A DNA stretch of 64,000 bases. Source: Candidatus Bathyarchaeota archaeon. Its GTDB lineage: Archaea; Thermoproteota; Bathyarchaeia; Bathyarchaeales; DTEX01. Below are positions 20,215-31,417 of the stretch, in pieces. The notes beneath the pieces are model-generated. The model was not told the DNA's origin, searched no databases, and saw only the letters and a program-made list of their open reading frames with translations. A program made the translations under genes and the position numbers. The stretch's first letter is position 1. Each line of letters begins with the position of its first letter. Location: contig CAVQNT010000005.1 of the NCBI GenBank assembly GCA_963714275.1, forward strand, positions 127,284 through 191,283, in the 5' to 3' direction.

Positions 20215-22863
20215 TTAGAATTCTAGGATGACTTCAGCACTGTCCTTGAAAGGTTCTATTTTGACTGTTTCAGTTTGGGCATCGTAGGTTCCGCCTTTAA
20301 CTTTTGTTGCCTTTACGCCATCCGGATGAGGGAGACGAAGTTCTAAAATTCTGGGTTGCTGTTTTGATGGGCATTCTATCTTAGCCACAATTCGACCTTG
20401 CTTCAGTTTCGATTCAACTTTGAGTGACATGGGTCCGAAATAGCTGGCAACCTTGTTTAGTTCTATGCGTTTGCCATTTTTCATCCAGTCTCTGGGGATT
20501 CCTGAAAGCAGTTTCAGTGTCTGACCTTGTTCCGTCCATAGCATCCACCGCGTCTGCATTAGGAACCATCCTTCTTCGTGCGTCTTGTGCGGGCTGCCAA
20601 CGCCTGGGTAATGTTCCCAGAATGTGTAGGTTTCCTGGTCAGACAAGCTTGCGAGACTGTTATAATAGGCTTTTAGAAATGCCTTGATTTCGCCACGTTT
20701 AAGGTGAACCCACGGGTGCTGGCTGTAATAGGGTTGGCTTAATGCCACGTTACGTTCATGCATCAACTCCGTGCAACAGTTCACAAGCTGGTCCGCTGCT
20801 TTTTCTTTGGAATCGATGACTTCCTGAAAAATTAGATGAAACGGTCCAAGAAGTGAATCTCTGCAGAAGAAGGTTAGGTGAGAGAACCAGTTGCCTTTTT
20901 CAGCGTAAAGCGATAGGAGACCTCGGGCTTCTGCCCAAGGAGGCGCAGTAGGGCACCATGTTCCGTCACCAAGTGGTACAACAGGTGACCTCGCCATCGC
21001 CTCAAAGAAAGCTTCGCGAATATCGCTTTTTAGCTCCTCAGCTTCCTGCTTTATCCTCCTTGATTGTATGGGATCCAATTTAGAGAACATCTCTGCGACA
21101 CGGCTTAGACCAAGATACGCATACCCATTCAGCATAAACTGGTGATACGGGTCGTGAGGATCTGCGACTTGTCCTTCGATCATTCCGTAGCCTTTTCCAC
21201 GTAACCCTTCGTCTTTGTTCCGTTGACGACAACGTATGATGTATTCGCAAGACTTCAACAGTTTCGATGCAATGCTTTTAAACCATGCATCGTCCCGCAT
21301 GTAACGGTAATGCTCACCTATGCTCCATAGGGTTGCCCCTGTTTCCAGCATGTAATTGTCGAAATTCTGCATGAAGCCATCTTCGCGCTGTTTGTCAAGG
21401 AAGTACATTAAGGAACGCCGAGTCAGCTCGTGCCAACCCATAGAGTCCATAAACTGTATGATTGGAGCACTTTCCGAACCAATCGGAGAGTACACGCCAA
21501 TTGTCGGTGTCACCGTGCCTCCGGGTTCAAGCCCGTAAGTAACAATGTCCAAATGCAACAGCCCAGCCTTAACCATTTGGTCAATACGTTTCTCGGGAAG
21601 CTTCACCTGCGCAGCGGACTTCAGCTTCTTTTTCCAGAATTCCCGACATTCCAAATGGCGAATTTCGAAGTCTTGTTGTGCCAGCTGCAAGGCACGCTCT
21701 TTCGAAATCGGACGGTGAGGAAGATAAAAGTCGAAAACAGCTGTTTCGTTTGGCTTAAGCAGGATGGCTGTTTCTTCTTGTGGCAACGGTTTATTGTTAA
21801 TTTTTGAGACACAGAAAACCCGACCACTATCATAAATTCCAAATCCTGAGTTTCCATCGAATGAATATTTCAAAGGTTGACTCGACGTGGGAAAGACGCT
21901 TTTAAACCATGCATAACGTAGCACAGAAGACATATTCTTTGCCTTAATTCGGTAGAAGAGAACTGTCTCCTCGTCTCGGTTCATCTCCTCTGGCTGCAGC
22001 TTCTGAAATTCCTTTTCTTGTCCATCAGTGAACGTGTGACCAAACGCGTTTCCGTCTGCAACTAGGAAGTGTGTGCCCCGAAGGTTCTTCGACGTAGGCT
22101 CGTTTCTCTCAAGCGTGACAAACGCTGTAATGTTATAGTTAATGTCTTCATCAATAATCGACCCACATAGAATTGGCAAAACGCCATCCTTTAAGCTTCG
22201 AGACACGTTTTCGACACATCCGATACCGCGTCCAATAAAAAATTGGTAACAAACGGGATTATTGTTGGATTCGGGAAGCGAGACCAATGGACCATGGAAC
22301 CGTGGCTGAATCCAGTCTAATCTTCCTCCTCGAAAGTCGACCTCGAAGATCCGTATGTCTCGGCTTACTCCTAACCAAGTTGGACAGCGAAGCTTCCGCG
22401 TGTTGGCTGCTGCTTCTTTATAACTTTCTTCATCTTCGCTCTGAATTTGCTTTAGTTTGGTTTTCAGCCCATAATTACGTATGGTCTCTCCAACTTGTTC
22501 ATATGAACGTGTGTCATCCGCATCAGTGGCAATTACTCCGTAGTCAGGAATAAAAATTGGGTATTCTTTGCTTACGTCTCTCAGAAAGAAACTAAAAGGA
22601 TTCGTAACCGTGCGAACAGTAATTATGGTTGCCCCAGACCCAAAATTGAGGTTATGTTCTTTAATCGAAACATTAAGTCCACATGAGCCGTGAGAAGTAA
22701 ATGCGAAACTTTCACCTGTAATAGCACCTTGACCCTTTAAAATAATCAATTTTTCGAATTTACCGTCAGCTATTTCTAATTTTCCTTTGAGACCGCCTTT
22801 TTTCCACTCGATTGATATGTTCTTCACGTTTAATCCATCCTTAAATCTCGAACCAAATCGCAA
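20215..22863 (-). CDS. Large putative glycoside hydrolase, (alpha/alpha)6 barrel, family unassigned
   Basis: 882 aa; six-hairpin-like helical region (ETGATLW...EHY, LNGYAYLGL, TFWEH) and GH95/GH65-like C-terminal beta domain (LLSGIPRDW, SYFGP). Confidence 0.6.
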   Translation of the reverse strand: MRFGSRFKDGLNVKNISIEWKKGGLKGKLEIADGKFEKLIILKGQGAITGESFAFTSHGSCGLNVSIKEHNLNFGSGATIITVRTVTNPFSFFLRDVSKEYPIFIPDYGVIATDADDTRSYEQVGETIRNYGLKTKLKQIQSEDEESYKEAAANTRKLRCPTWLGVSRDIRIFEVDFRGGRLDWIQPRFHGPLVSLPESNNNPVCYQFFIGRGIGCVENVSRSLKDGVLPILCGSIIDEDINYNITAFVTLERNEPTSKNLRGTHFLVADGNAFGHTFTDGQEKEFQKLQPEEMNRDEETVLFYRIKAKNMSSVLRYAWFKSVFPTSSQPLKYSFDGNSGFGIYDSGRVFCVSKINNKPLPQEETAILLKPNETAVFDFYLPHRPISKERALQLAQQDFEIRHLECREFWKKKLKSAAQVKLPEKRIDQMVKAGLLHLDIVTYGLEPGGTVTPTIGVYSPIGSESAPIIQFMDSMGWHELTRRSLMYFLDKQREDGFMQNFDNYMLETGATLWSIGEHYRYMRDDAWFKSIASKLLKSCEYIIRCRQRNKDEGLRGKGYGMIEGQVADPHDPYHQFMLNGYAYLGLSRVAEMFSKLDPIQSRRIKQEAEELKSDIREAFFEAMARSPVVPLGDGTWCPTAPPWAEARGLLSLYAEKGNWFSHLTFFCRDSLLGPFHLIFQEVIDSKEKAADQLVNCCTELMHERNVALSQPYYSQHPWVHLKRGEIKAFLKAYYNSLASLSDQETYTFWEHYPGVGSPHKTHEEGWFLMQTRWMLWTEQGQTLKLLSGIPRDWMKNGKRIELNKVASYFGPMSLKVESKLKQGRIVAKIECPSKQQPRILELRLPHPDGVKATKVKGGTYDAQTETVKIEPFKDSAEVILEF

Positions 22864-22958
22864 TGTAAAATATAGTCTAATAAAAATAAAATTTTGGTAT
22901 CAATTTTACTTTCAACTTAGGAATTTTTTTAAAAAAAAGAGAGTCGTTTCCATACATT

Positions 22959-24422
22959 CTATACTTTTGGACCGAATGGGCAGGAAGAATCAGGTTTCAA
23001 CCAATCTCCGTTGGTTACGTATGCCGTGTACCTGCAACCGCCACATAGTTCGCTGTATAGGCATTTGTTGCAGGAGCCTTTCAGCGCTTTCCGGTCTCTA
23101 ATGTAATTGAGTAATTCATTATTTATCCATATGTCACCCAATTTTTGGTCGAGAAGGTTGCCCAGTTTGATCGGGGCTGGAACGCATGGTAGCAAATCTC
23201 CGGAAGCGGAAAGCCCAGCGTAGGTTATGCCAGCGGAGCATCCGCCGAATCCTGATGCAAATTTTTTCACAATTTTTGGAATCTCAAGTCCAAACTTTTC
23301 CTGAAACATTTTTTCGTAGCCAGACAAAGCTTCACTTACTGTGAATAAACTTCCTTCTGACTGTTCATGGCAAACTCTGGCGTAATATGTCATTCCCCGA
23401 GCGTAACATTGTATCCCTGAGCCTTTGATTATGCTTGCACGGAATTTAGTGTAGAGTTTTTCTAACGCCTTAATCTTTTCATCAGGTGTTACGTCGAGAT
23501 AGAGCGCGTCTACCCCTCGACCAGCAGGTATAAGGCGGTTAAGGTAGAACCTTGTTGCTCCAAGCTTTTCCGCTAAGGATATAGTGTCGTCCAGTTCGTT
23601 GATGTTTTTCGAGTGAAGGGTCATCGTTACGGCAAGTTCGTCGAAACCTACTTCTGCACAATTTTTTATCCCCTGAACGGTAGAGTTAAAACTGCCCTTA
23701 TTGTTTCTCAGGAAATCGTGCGTTTCAGCGCTTGCTCCATCAAGACCTATTTCCACTCGTCTGATGCCGGCGGTTGACAGTTTTTCTGCAACCTCTTTGG
23801 TCATAAGTGTACCGTTGGAGGCGATTGTGCAAAGCATACCTCTATCGGTCGCCCGTTCGACGGCGTCGAATAAATCTCCGCGAAGTAAGGGTTCACCGCC
23901 AGAAAAAGTCAGAATCGCCACTCCTGCATTGCTCACGTTGTCTATTACTTCGAAAGCCTGATGAGTCGTCAATTCAGGATAAGTGGACATCGGGGAAGAA
24001 TCCTGATGGCAGTGCAAACAGTTCAGATTGCATCTGTTCGTGAAGTTCCACACAATAGTTATTGGCACCCCAGCCGACTGAGGAAACCTTACTCCAAAAC
24101 TGGCAATCCCTTTTACCACGCTAAGCATGCATCTGCGAATAAGCTGATCTTTCAGAAGCTGTTTTACGGTTTCTTCTTCAACTCCGAGATGAAGGAAAAT
24201 GAGTCGAATTAAGGGAGTAAGAACTGCTGATTCCATCAAACAGCTTGGACAAATTGAACTTGGGCTAGACGAGTAGTTGTCGAAAATTGTGAGTAACCGT
24301 TCGTTTCCGCACCTTTCACATTTGCTTGTTAAATGATGCGCAAGAGTTTTCCACATCGGATTAAAGGTTCGAGATAAATAATGACTGCCTTTATGAACTT
24401 TTGGAACTATGTGCCTAACCAT
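22959..24422 (-). CDS. Radical SAM/SPASM protein with N-terminal Cys motifs
   Basis: WNFTNRCNLNCLHC, FSGGEPL, SPASM CSAG...C...CNKC.....CGGCR...C; N-terminal CERC and CPSC. Confidence 0.85.
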   Translation of the reverse strand: MVRHIVPKVHKGSHYLSRTFNPMWKTLAHHLTSKCERCGNERLLTIFDNYSSSPSSICPSCLMESAVLTPLIRLIFLHLGVEEETVKQLLKDQLIRRCMLSVVKGIASFGVRFPQSAGVPITIVWNFTNRCNLNCLHCHQDSSPMSTYPELTTHQAFEVIDNVSNAGVAILTFSGGEPLLRGDLFDAVERATDRGMLCTIASNGTLMTKEVAEKLSTAGIRRVEIGLDGASAETHDFLRNNKGSFNSTVQGIKNCAEVGFDELAVTMTLHSKNINELDDTISLAEKLGATRFYLNRLIPAGRGVDALYLDVTPDEKIKALEKLYTKFRASIIKGSGIQCYARGMTYYARVCHEQSEGSLFTVSEALSGYEKMFQEKFGLEIPKIVKKFASGFGGCSAGITYAGLSASGDLLPCVPAPIKLGNLLDQKLGDIWINNELLNYIRDRKALKGSCNKCLYSELCGGCRYTAYVTNGDWLKPDSSCPFGPKV

Positions 24423-24537
24423 TTTTTTCTCTTTTTATATGATAACATGCATTACTTAAACACAATTGCTTACATAAAATCAGTGAAAATAATTATAAAA
24501 TGGGATTTTATTATTAAAAATTTATATATTCGAATAA

Positions 24538-24555
24538 AGCTAGCTAGATAGCTAA
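24538..24555. repeat. 4-bp-periodic junction tract (AGCTAGCTAGATAGCTAA)
   Basis: Intergenic between divergent, unrelated modules. Confidence 0.7.
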
Positions 24556-24797
24556 TGGGATAAGCTTTTATATTCCTCTTTTCTGTTTCTCATTTTTCAG
24601 GGACGCGTACTTGGTAAATAGAATAAGCCAAATCTACAAGTCGCTCAAAGGAGTGGAATTAAGAAATACCCTCAAGAGAATTATCGAACAACGCGTAAAC
24701 CAGCTAAACCGGGGCAATAGTCCTACTGCACGTGCTATACCCAAGCAAAAATGAAAAAAAGTCAATGAAAGATCTTGATTCAGATTGGTGTTTGTAA

Positions 24798-26247
24798 ATG
24801 AAGGCATACGATTTGATAGTAATAGGGTCGGGTTCAGCTATGGAGATCGTGAACGCTATGTTTCAAGAAAACCAGAGCATGAAAGTTGCGATCATAGACA
24901 AGGATGAGCCTGGTGGCATCTGCTTAACCCGAGGGTGCATTCCCTCAAAAATCTTGCTATACCCAGCAGAGCTCGTGAGGACGATAGATAGAGCTGGCGA
25001 ATTCGGTATAGACGTTATTGTGAAGAAAATAGATTTTGCAAAAGTCATGGAGAGAATGAGAAACCTCATCAACAAGGACATAAACGCTATACGACAAGGG
25101 CTTTCTCACTCCGAAAACATAGATTATTACCCAACCGTAGCTGAATTTACCGCTCCATACACGCTTAAAGTTGGCGGCAACAACATAACGTCAAAGATGA
25201 TAATTCTCTGCACAGGATCAAGACCAGTTGTCCCTCCAATAAAAGGCCTTCAAAATGTAGGTTACTTGACCAGCGACACAATCCTCAAATTGGATCGCTT
25301 GCCTGAAACCACGACCATTATTGGCGGAGGATACGTAGACTGCTGAATACGGGCATTTTCTTTCAGCTATGGGGTCAAAAGTAACCATAATCGGCAGAAA
25401 CCCGCAGTTCCTACAAGATGAAGAACCCGAAATATCAGCGCTGGCAAAGCGGGAATTGCAGAAGCGTATGACAATTATTACCAACCACGAAGTTCGCAGC
25501 GCAGAAAGAACGTTGACGGGAAAAAAGAAGCTGATTGCTGTGAACAGCGAGAATCAAAAAGAAGTTGAGATTGTGGGGGACGAGATACTGGTTGCCTCAG
25601 GAAGAGAACCGAACATAGACATACTTCACCCAGAAAGATCTGGCATAAAAACAGATGAAAGAGGATATATTATCGTTAATGAGTATGCAGAGACCTCGCA
25701 GCCAAATATTTGGGCTTTAGGTGATGCAGATGGCAAATTTCCATTCAAGCATGTGGCAAATTACGAAGCCCAAATCGTATATTACAATGCTGTCCTTAAA
25801 AGGAAGGAAAAAACTGATTATCACGCAATACCCCATGCTGTTTTTACAGATCCTGAGATTGCAGGCGTCGGACTAAAGGAGAAACAAGCAATACAGGAAT
25901 ACGGGAAAGACAATGTGTTAATAGGGTTCCAAAGATTTCAGGATACTGCAAAAGGAGAGGCAATGGGCGTCAAGGACTATTTTGTAAAGGTTGTTGTCGA
26001 GAGAGAAAACATGAAGATTTTGGGTGCTCACATTATTGGGCCCGAAGCCTCAGTCCTTATACAGGAAATAATAAACCTAATGTATACTCCTGATCAAAGC
26101 GCAGAGACAATAATAAACGCGATGCATATCCACCCTGCTCTAAGCGAGGTAGTACAAAGAGCATTTTTCTCCCTAATGCCTCCAGAACACTACCATCATT
26201 CTATTGAAGAAGTTAGCTCACTACATATTTGTTTGGATTCTTATTGA
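24798..26247 (+). CDS. Dihydrolipoamide dehydrogenase/mycothione reductase-like flavoprotein (frameshifted)
   Basis: IGSGS, GGICLTRGCIPSK, GGGY, HIHPALSE. Confidence 0.85.
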
Positions 26248-26359
26248 AGGTTGCCATGCAGTTGGATGAGCAGAAATAGTAGGTTTTGCCCATTTGTTTA
26301 CTTGTGAATTTTGCTGTTTTCTCGTTTACAGTCATACCGCAAACTGGATCTTTCGCCAT
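26213..26359 (-). CDS. YHS/TRASH domain protein (copper chaperone-like)
   Basis: MAKDPVCGM...YYFCSSNC...NP.KY; stop lies inside tract 26211-26223. Confidence 0.85.
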   Translation of the reverse strand: MAKDPVCGMTVNEKTAKFTSKQMGKTYYFCSSNCMATFNKNPNKYVVS

Positions 26360-26496
26360 ATTTATCTCACCTCTTTCTAGCTTTTCTAAACGAATCCTGG
26401 AAATGGAACACATAGCCACAGACATTCTGGATAGAACTGGTCGGAACTGTCGGGTATAACATTACTGAGCCGCTGGCTCCGGGAATTAGTGGGTTG

Positions 26497-26796
26497 CTAT
26501 AACCTGTCTTCATACTTCTCTTCCACAATCATATAGCTTCTGTATCCTGTTTTGTCTATCTCCTTCCTTATTGTTGTTGAATCAATCAGTTTTGGATTGT
26601 AGTCTATGAAGACCTTGTCCAACATAATTGCTGCATTGACGTCGTCAACCCCTTTCAGCTTTTTGACACGTTTTTCAATCGCGGAGGCACATGTAACGCA
26701 ACTCATTCCTCTAACCGACACTGTGATCCTGTTTTTTTCCATCTTTTCGATGTTTTTTATTTTTTCCTTTTGCGAATCTTGTCTATTATCTTCCAC
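26497..26796 (-). CDS. HMA-domain copper chaperone (CopZ-like)
   Basis: GMSCVTC motif. Confidence 0.85.
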   Translation of the reverse strand: MEDNRQDSQKEKIKNIEKMEKNRITVSVRGMSCVTCASAIEKRVKKLKGVDDVNAAIMLDKVFIDYNPKLIDSTTIRKEIDKTGYRSYMIVEEKYEDRL

Positions 26797-26815
26797 GTTT
26801 TCAACACCTTTTCTT

Positions 26816-28900
26816 TCAGAAAGTGGGTTTAAACCTCTCTAATAGAAGGGAATTACCAACAACCGTAACGGAACTGAAAGCCATCGCCCCCGCGGCGAGG
26901 AAAGGAAGCACATTGTATATCTGAACCCCAAAGAATGGAACTAGTGCTCCTGCGGCGATAGGAATAAGGACTGTATTGTAGCCAAAAGCCCAAAAAAGAT
27001 TCTGTTTGATTTTGCTCACTGTGCTTTTGCTCAGCTTTAGGGCTGTGACAACATCTCTTAAGTCTTCTTTGATTAGCACGATTCCACCAGTTTCCTTGGC
27101 CACATCGGTCCCGCTGCCTATCGCAATACCGACATTGGCCCGGGCTAAGGCTGGTGCGTCATTGATACCATCACCAACCATAGCCACAATTTTTCCCTCT
27201 TTTTGAAGGCCTTCGATTATGGCTTCTTTTTGCTGAGGCAGAACTTCGGCAAAAATCTTTTCTATGCCCAGTCTTCTGGCTATTGCCTTGGCTGTTCGCT
27301 CATTGTCTCCTGTGAGCATTATCACTTCTAAGCCCATACGCTTCAACTCTACTATTGTCTCTGTGGCGTATTCCTTCAAAGTATCAGCAGAGCAAATCAC
27401 ACCTGCCAATGTGCCTTTGACTGAAAGGAACATGACCGTTTTTCCATCTTCCTCGAATTCCTTCACTCTTTCTTCTAGCTTCGAAAGATCTACTGCCATC
27501 TCAGTCATTAGCGTTCTACTTCCCAGAAAGATTTCGGTATCTCGAATCTTTGCTTTCACACCTTTTCCGGGGATAGCTTCAAATCCTAGTGGATCTAGAA
27601 GTTTGAGGGAACGCGAAAATGCTTCCTTCTCGATCGCCTCAGCCAAAGGGTGTTCAGAGCCCTTTTCAACCGATGCTGCAAACATGATAACCGTATCCGC
27701 ATCGTATTTGCCATATGCTATCACGTCTATGACAGAGGGTCTTCCCAGGGTTAATGTGCCTGTCTTGTCGAATAATATAGATGTGACCTTTTGGGCTGTT
27801 TCCAAGTTCTCTCCGCCTTTGATCAGTATGCCGTTTTGGGCACCTTTGCTTGTGCCCACTAAAAGGGCAGCAGGAGTCGCTATTCCGAGAGCACAGGGAC
27901 AAGCTATTACCGTCACTGAAACAAAGATGAGAAGGGAAAATTGCAGACCTATCCCACCGACGAAATACCACAGAAGAGCTGACCCCATAGCGATCAAGAT
28001 TACAGAGGGAACAAAGTAGGCTGCCACTCGGTCGGCGAGATTCTGGATTGGTGCTCTTCCAATCTGGGCCTCCTCAACGAGTTTAACTATCTGAGCCAGC
28101 GTGGTGTCTTGACCCACCTTTGTTGCCCTAACCTTTAGCATACCAGTTCTGTTTATTGTGGCTCCTACAACCTCATTGCCGGGATTCTTTTCCACAGGGA
28201 TGCTTTCACCCGTGATCATGGACTGGTCCACAGAGGAATGTCCTTCTACCACGGCACCGTCTACAGGAACTTTTTCCCCAGGCCTAACGATGAAGATGTC
28301 ACCAACCTGTATTTGTTCAATTGGAATTTTAATTTCTTGTTCACCTCTTAATATGTGTGCAAGCCTGGGTTGAAGATCCATTAACCTTCTCACAGCTTCA
28401 GATGCCCTACCTTTGCTTACATGTTCAAGAAATCTTCCTGTTAACACTAAGGTGACAATCACTGCTGCTGTATCGAAGTAGACTCCACTAAAGGCGAAAG
28501 AAGACGGAAAAAAGGTCACAAAAGCACTGTATATCCATGCGGCACTGGTACCCAATACTATAAGGCTGTCCATGTTTCCCATCCTATTCCGGATGGCATC
28601 ATAGGTTCCTCTATAGAATCGCCATCCAAAAATGAATTGAATGGGCGTGTCAAGAGCTAGGAGAATATAGTTATTAATAGTCATTGGCAGAAAAATAACA
28701 TACGTTAATATTAGGATAGGAACAGTCAAGATAGCCCCAATGACAACAGAGATTTCCAAAAGTCTAATTTCAACTTCCGGAGCCAAAAACTGTTTCATAC
28801 AGGTTTGGCTGCAAAAATAGTAGTTGGTTCCCCTAATAGTTACCTTAAATTCGGCAGTCTTTTCATCCACATACATTCCACAGACAGGATCCTTGGCCAT
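26816..28900 (-). CDS. copA: Cu+-translocating P1B-type ATPase with N-terminal YHS domain
   Basis: DPVCGM, TGES, CPC, DKTGT, SEHP, GDGIND, YN and M..SS. Confidence 0.93.
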   Translation of the reverse strand: MAKDPVCGMYVDEKTAEFKVTIRGTNYYFCSQTCMKQFLAPEVEIRLLEISVVIGAILTVPILILTYVIFLPMTINNYILLALDTPIQFIFGWRFYRGTYDAIRNRMGNMDSLIVLGTSAAWIYSAFVTFFPSSFAFSGVYFDTAAVIVTLVLTGRFLEHVSKGRASEAVRRLMDLQPRLAHILRGEQEIKIPIEQIQVGDIFIVRPGEKVPVDGAVVEGHSSVDQSMITGESIPVEKNPGNEVVGATINRTGMLKVRATKVGQDTTLAQIVKLVEEAQIGRAPIQNLADRVAAYFVPSVILIAMGSALLWYFVGGIGLQFSLLIFVSVTVIACPCALGIATPAALLVGTSKGAQNGILIKGGENLETAQKVTSILFDKTGTLTLGRPSVIDVIAYGKYDADTVIMFAASVEKGSEHPLAEAIEKEAFSRSLKLLDPLGFEAIPGKGVKAKIRDTEIFLGSRTLMTEMAVDLSKLEERVKEFEEDGKTVMFLSVKGTLAGVICSADTLKEYATETIVELKRMGLEVIMLTGDNERTAKAIARRLGIEKIFAEVLPQQKEAIIEGLQKEGKIVAMVGDGINDAPALARANVGIAIGSGTDVAKETGGIVLIKEDLRDVVTALKLSKSTVSKIKQNLFWAFGYNTVLIPIAAGALVPFFGVQIYNVLPFLAAGAMAFSSVTVVGNSLLLERFKPTF

Positions 28901-28935
28901 AGGTTCTCATCACAAACTTTCATTAATGAATTTGA

Positions 28936-28968
28936 ATATATAAAATCAAAGCTCTGCATCTAGATGCA
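28936..28968 (-). promoter_or_regulatory. copA TATA box plus perfect palindrome TGCATCTAGATGCA (28955-28968)
   Basis: TTTTATATAT on the minus strand ~36 nt before the ATG; 14-bp palindrome ~10 nt further upstream. Confidence 0.55.
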
Positions 28969-29069
28969 AATATACTTTTTTATTTTCTAATTGAATAAAT
29001 CAGGAAAAAATTTTGCAGCCTAAATTTACTCACTTGGTTCAGTAGCCATCCCTTTATTTGAACATCGGG

Positions 29070-29088
29070 CTAGCTTAGCTGCTAGCTA
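29070..29088. repeat. 4-bp-periodic junction tract (CTAGCTTAGCTGCTAGCTA)
   Basis: Upstream edge of the cop module. Confidence 0.7.
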
Positions 29089-29201
29089 TTTTAAAACATG
29101 ATATTTTCATACCAATAATTGGAGTAGTCGTAAAGCCAACTTTATGAATTCCCAAGGTATAAGCGGAAAATCTAGTTAAATTCTAAACAGTCTAAACGAG
29201 G

Positions 29202-29220
29202 CTGACTAGTTGACTAGTCA
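29202..29220. repeat. 4-bp-periodic junction tract, hairpin (TGACTAGT-TG-ACTAGTCA)
   Basis: Directly abuts the 5'-truncated YHS fragment. Confidence 0.7.
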
Positions 29221-29322
29221 ACGGAGTACAGAACAGACCATAATGGAAAAACGTATTATTTCTGTTCATCTGGATGCAGAGAAACCTTCGAATCTAACCC
29301 TCGGAAATACGAAAAAAAGTAG
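29221..29322 (+). pseudogene. 5'-truncated YHS-domain gene fragment
   Basis: TEYRTDHNGKTYYFCSSGCRETFESNPRKYEKK*; DPVCGM half and start codon missing. Confidence 0.75.
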
Positions 29323-29326
29323 CTAT

Positions 29327-29639
29327 CTATCCTCCATGGATTACGGGAATAAACACGATTTCATCCTTGTCTTTGAGACTTAGTTTCTAATCTTTTCAGT
29401 AATCCGATTTCGACACCATTCACAAGTATGACGGCGTTAGAAAGGGGATTGTCAAGTTCAGGATCAATTAATACTCGTCTAAGATTTGGTGATGCTTCAC
29501 ATAATTTTTTGACCACGGTCTCAAGATTATCTTTTCTACGAATTTCGATTAAGGCTTGACCGTTACCGTAAGCCTTTTTGAAAATACCGAGAAATTTAAA
29601 TGTCACCTTTTCAAAATCTTTGGGGTTTTTTGTAGACAT
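29327..29639 (-). CDS. MoaD/ThiS ubiquitin-like protein (SAMP), frameshifted
   Basis: VILVNG; the shifted frame ends DEIVFIPVIHGG*. Confidence 0.82.
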
Positions 29640-29657
29640 TATTCTTCAACATTTTCT

Positions 29658-29771
29658 TCAATAAAGAGCTGTATTAAACTTTAGCTTTTTTTCTCCTTCT
29701 TTGGCTTGCAGCGTTCCTAAAACTTTTAGAAGCCTTTTATGTGTTTCTTCAGTGACTTTAACTATCTTCAT
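29658..29771 (-). CDS. Small RHH/antitoxin-like protein
   Basis: MKIVKVTEETHKRLLKVLGTLQAKEGEKKLKF; GAGGTG upstream. Confidence 0.45.
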   Translation of the reverse strand: MKIVKVTEETHKRLLKVLGTLQAKEGEKKLKFNTALY

Positions 29772-29934
29772 GACTCTCTCACACCTCAGATATCCAGCTC
29801 CCACTATTATAATTTATTTTAATATTCAGGATTATAGCGAATAGGGTTGTCAATTCAGTTTCTTCCACTAACTAGATAAAGGCATCATAGTCTAAAGATT
29901 CCAGAGTAAGGCTAGCTCAGCTCTTAGGTATGCT

Positions 29935-30713
29935 TTAGTTTTTCCCGATTCCTCTTTTTCCGAGGATTATTATGGGATATTTGGTGATTTGTATTCCTTT
30001 GCTGGTGAGATATCGCCTTTTCAGCTCTTTCAGTAGGGAAAGGTCTTTCTCTTTTTTGAACCCTTTTACTATTGGATCGAACTCCATTTGTTTTATGAGC
30101 TGGTCGAGTGTATAGTAATCTCTGATGATGAAATCCTTTTCTTGTACACTAGTCAGTCCGTGTGATTCAAACCATTCTAAACGTTTCCATGACGTCTTGT
30201 ATGCTCTGAGACTGTGCCAAATCGAGCTGATAAGCACGGTCTCCAAATACATCCTCTATCTCTAGCCAGCGATCGTAGAGCCCCGACATTTGTAGAATGT
30301 ACCAGCCTCCCGGCTTCAATACTCTCAACGCCTCGTCAATGCTGCAGGGCGTAAGTTTTGACATTACCACCTGAAAAGATTCGTCTTTGAAAGGTAGATT
30401 ATGTGCATCTCCCCTAATGGCAACGATGCTGTGAAGGCTGGCTGTGTTGTTCTTGGCTATTCTAACCATGCATTCTGATAAGTCCATAGCGACAACCTCG
30501 ATAAGCTTTCTTAGTCTTCTGGGCGATCCGAAAAGAAATGTGTCCTGTACCGGTGCCGATGTCAAGGATTCTAGACCCATCAGAGCATCTTTGCAGCACA
30601 TCATCCTCATATACCTTGTCAACATCGACCCCCTCTCGTTCAATTGTTGGTTCTTCTTCTTTTTCAAACCTGTCCTTAGCGAGAGCTCTACCTTGCGAAT
30701 ATGCCAGATCCAT
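29935..30713 (-). CDS. Class I SAM-dependent methyltransferase (frameshifted)
   Basis: ILDIGTGTG, GDAHNLPFKDESF, RVLKPGG. Confidence 0.82.
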
Positions 30714-30955
30714 AACATATAGATGGTTCTTACATTTTAAATACTTAGAACGATGAAATGCGTAGTATCTAAAGACCGCGGAAAAAGCTTAATTATTTAT
30801 AAGGGTTAGTGTGCCGATAATGGTGAATATCGGAATAGAAATAGTTCCAAACTATTCTTTTGGGTTCTCATAATCCTCATTATCAGTAGAGATTAGCCTT
30901 GAGGTTACTGAACTTCTCTTAGCCAGTGTGGAATCTCTCAGTATAGGTGTCGATG

Positions 30956-31243
30956 CTACAGAGTTAATTCTTTGAAGTCGTTCCACGTTATCGGTTCTTT
31001 TTTGTGTTTCTTTGTTTTGTAAAGTCTGTTAAAAAAGGGAACAAATTTCCGTGTCCATAAACTGCGACTAAATGTCTTTACTGAATCCTTCGCCGTTTTC
31101 ACGTCTCTTTCTCTTACCCAAAGTCTATAGAAAGCACTACAGTATTTCATTCTCTTTTCCGGCGGTTCTATCCAAGGGCAATAGACGAATTCTTCTTTAT
31201 TGCGTCTTTTTCCCTCAAATATGATATCATAATCGGCCTTCAT
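30956..31243 (-). CDS. Hypothetical protein
   Basis: 95-aa ORF with GGAG upstream. Confidence 0.45.
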   Translation of the reverse strand: MKADYDIIFEGKRRNKEEFVYCPWIEPPEKRMKYCSAFYRLWVRERDVKTAKDSVKTFSRSLWTRKFVPFFNRLYKTKKHKKEPITWNDFKELTL

Positions 31244-31417
31244 TCAAACAACTCCGTTTTTGCTTAAAGCAAACTAATCAAGCCTTCCCTATATTTCTTC
31301 TTAAAAGTTAGACGATGCAACATGGCGCCCAACTCATTGATACGGATAATCACGGTTAACAGAAGTTCCACTAAATGATTGTGGTTGCTATGAAAAAAAA
31401 GAGGGAGAGATGATCTT

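Noticed and set aside
27264-28019. 251-aa plus-strand ORF and other long antisense ORFs (32400-32930, 33932-34483, 17110-17556)
   Set aside because: Shadow or alternate-frame ORFs overlapping well-supported genes, with no motifs of their own
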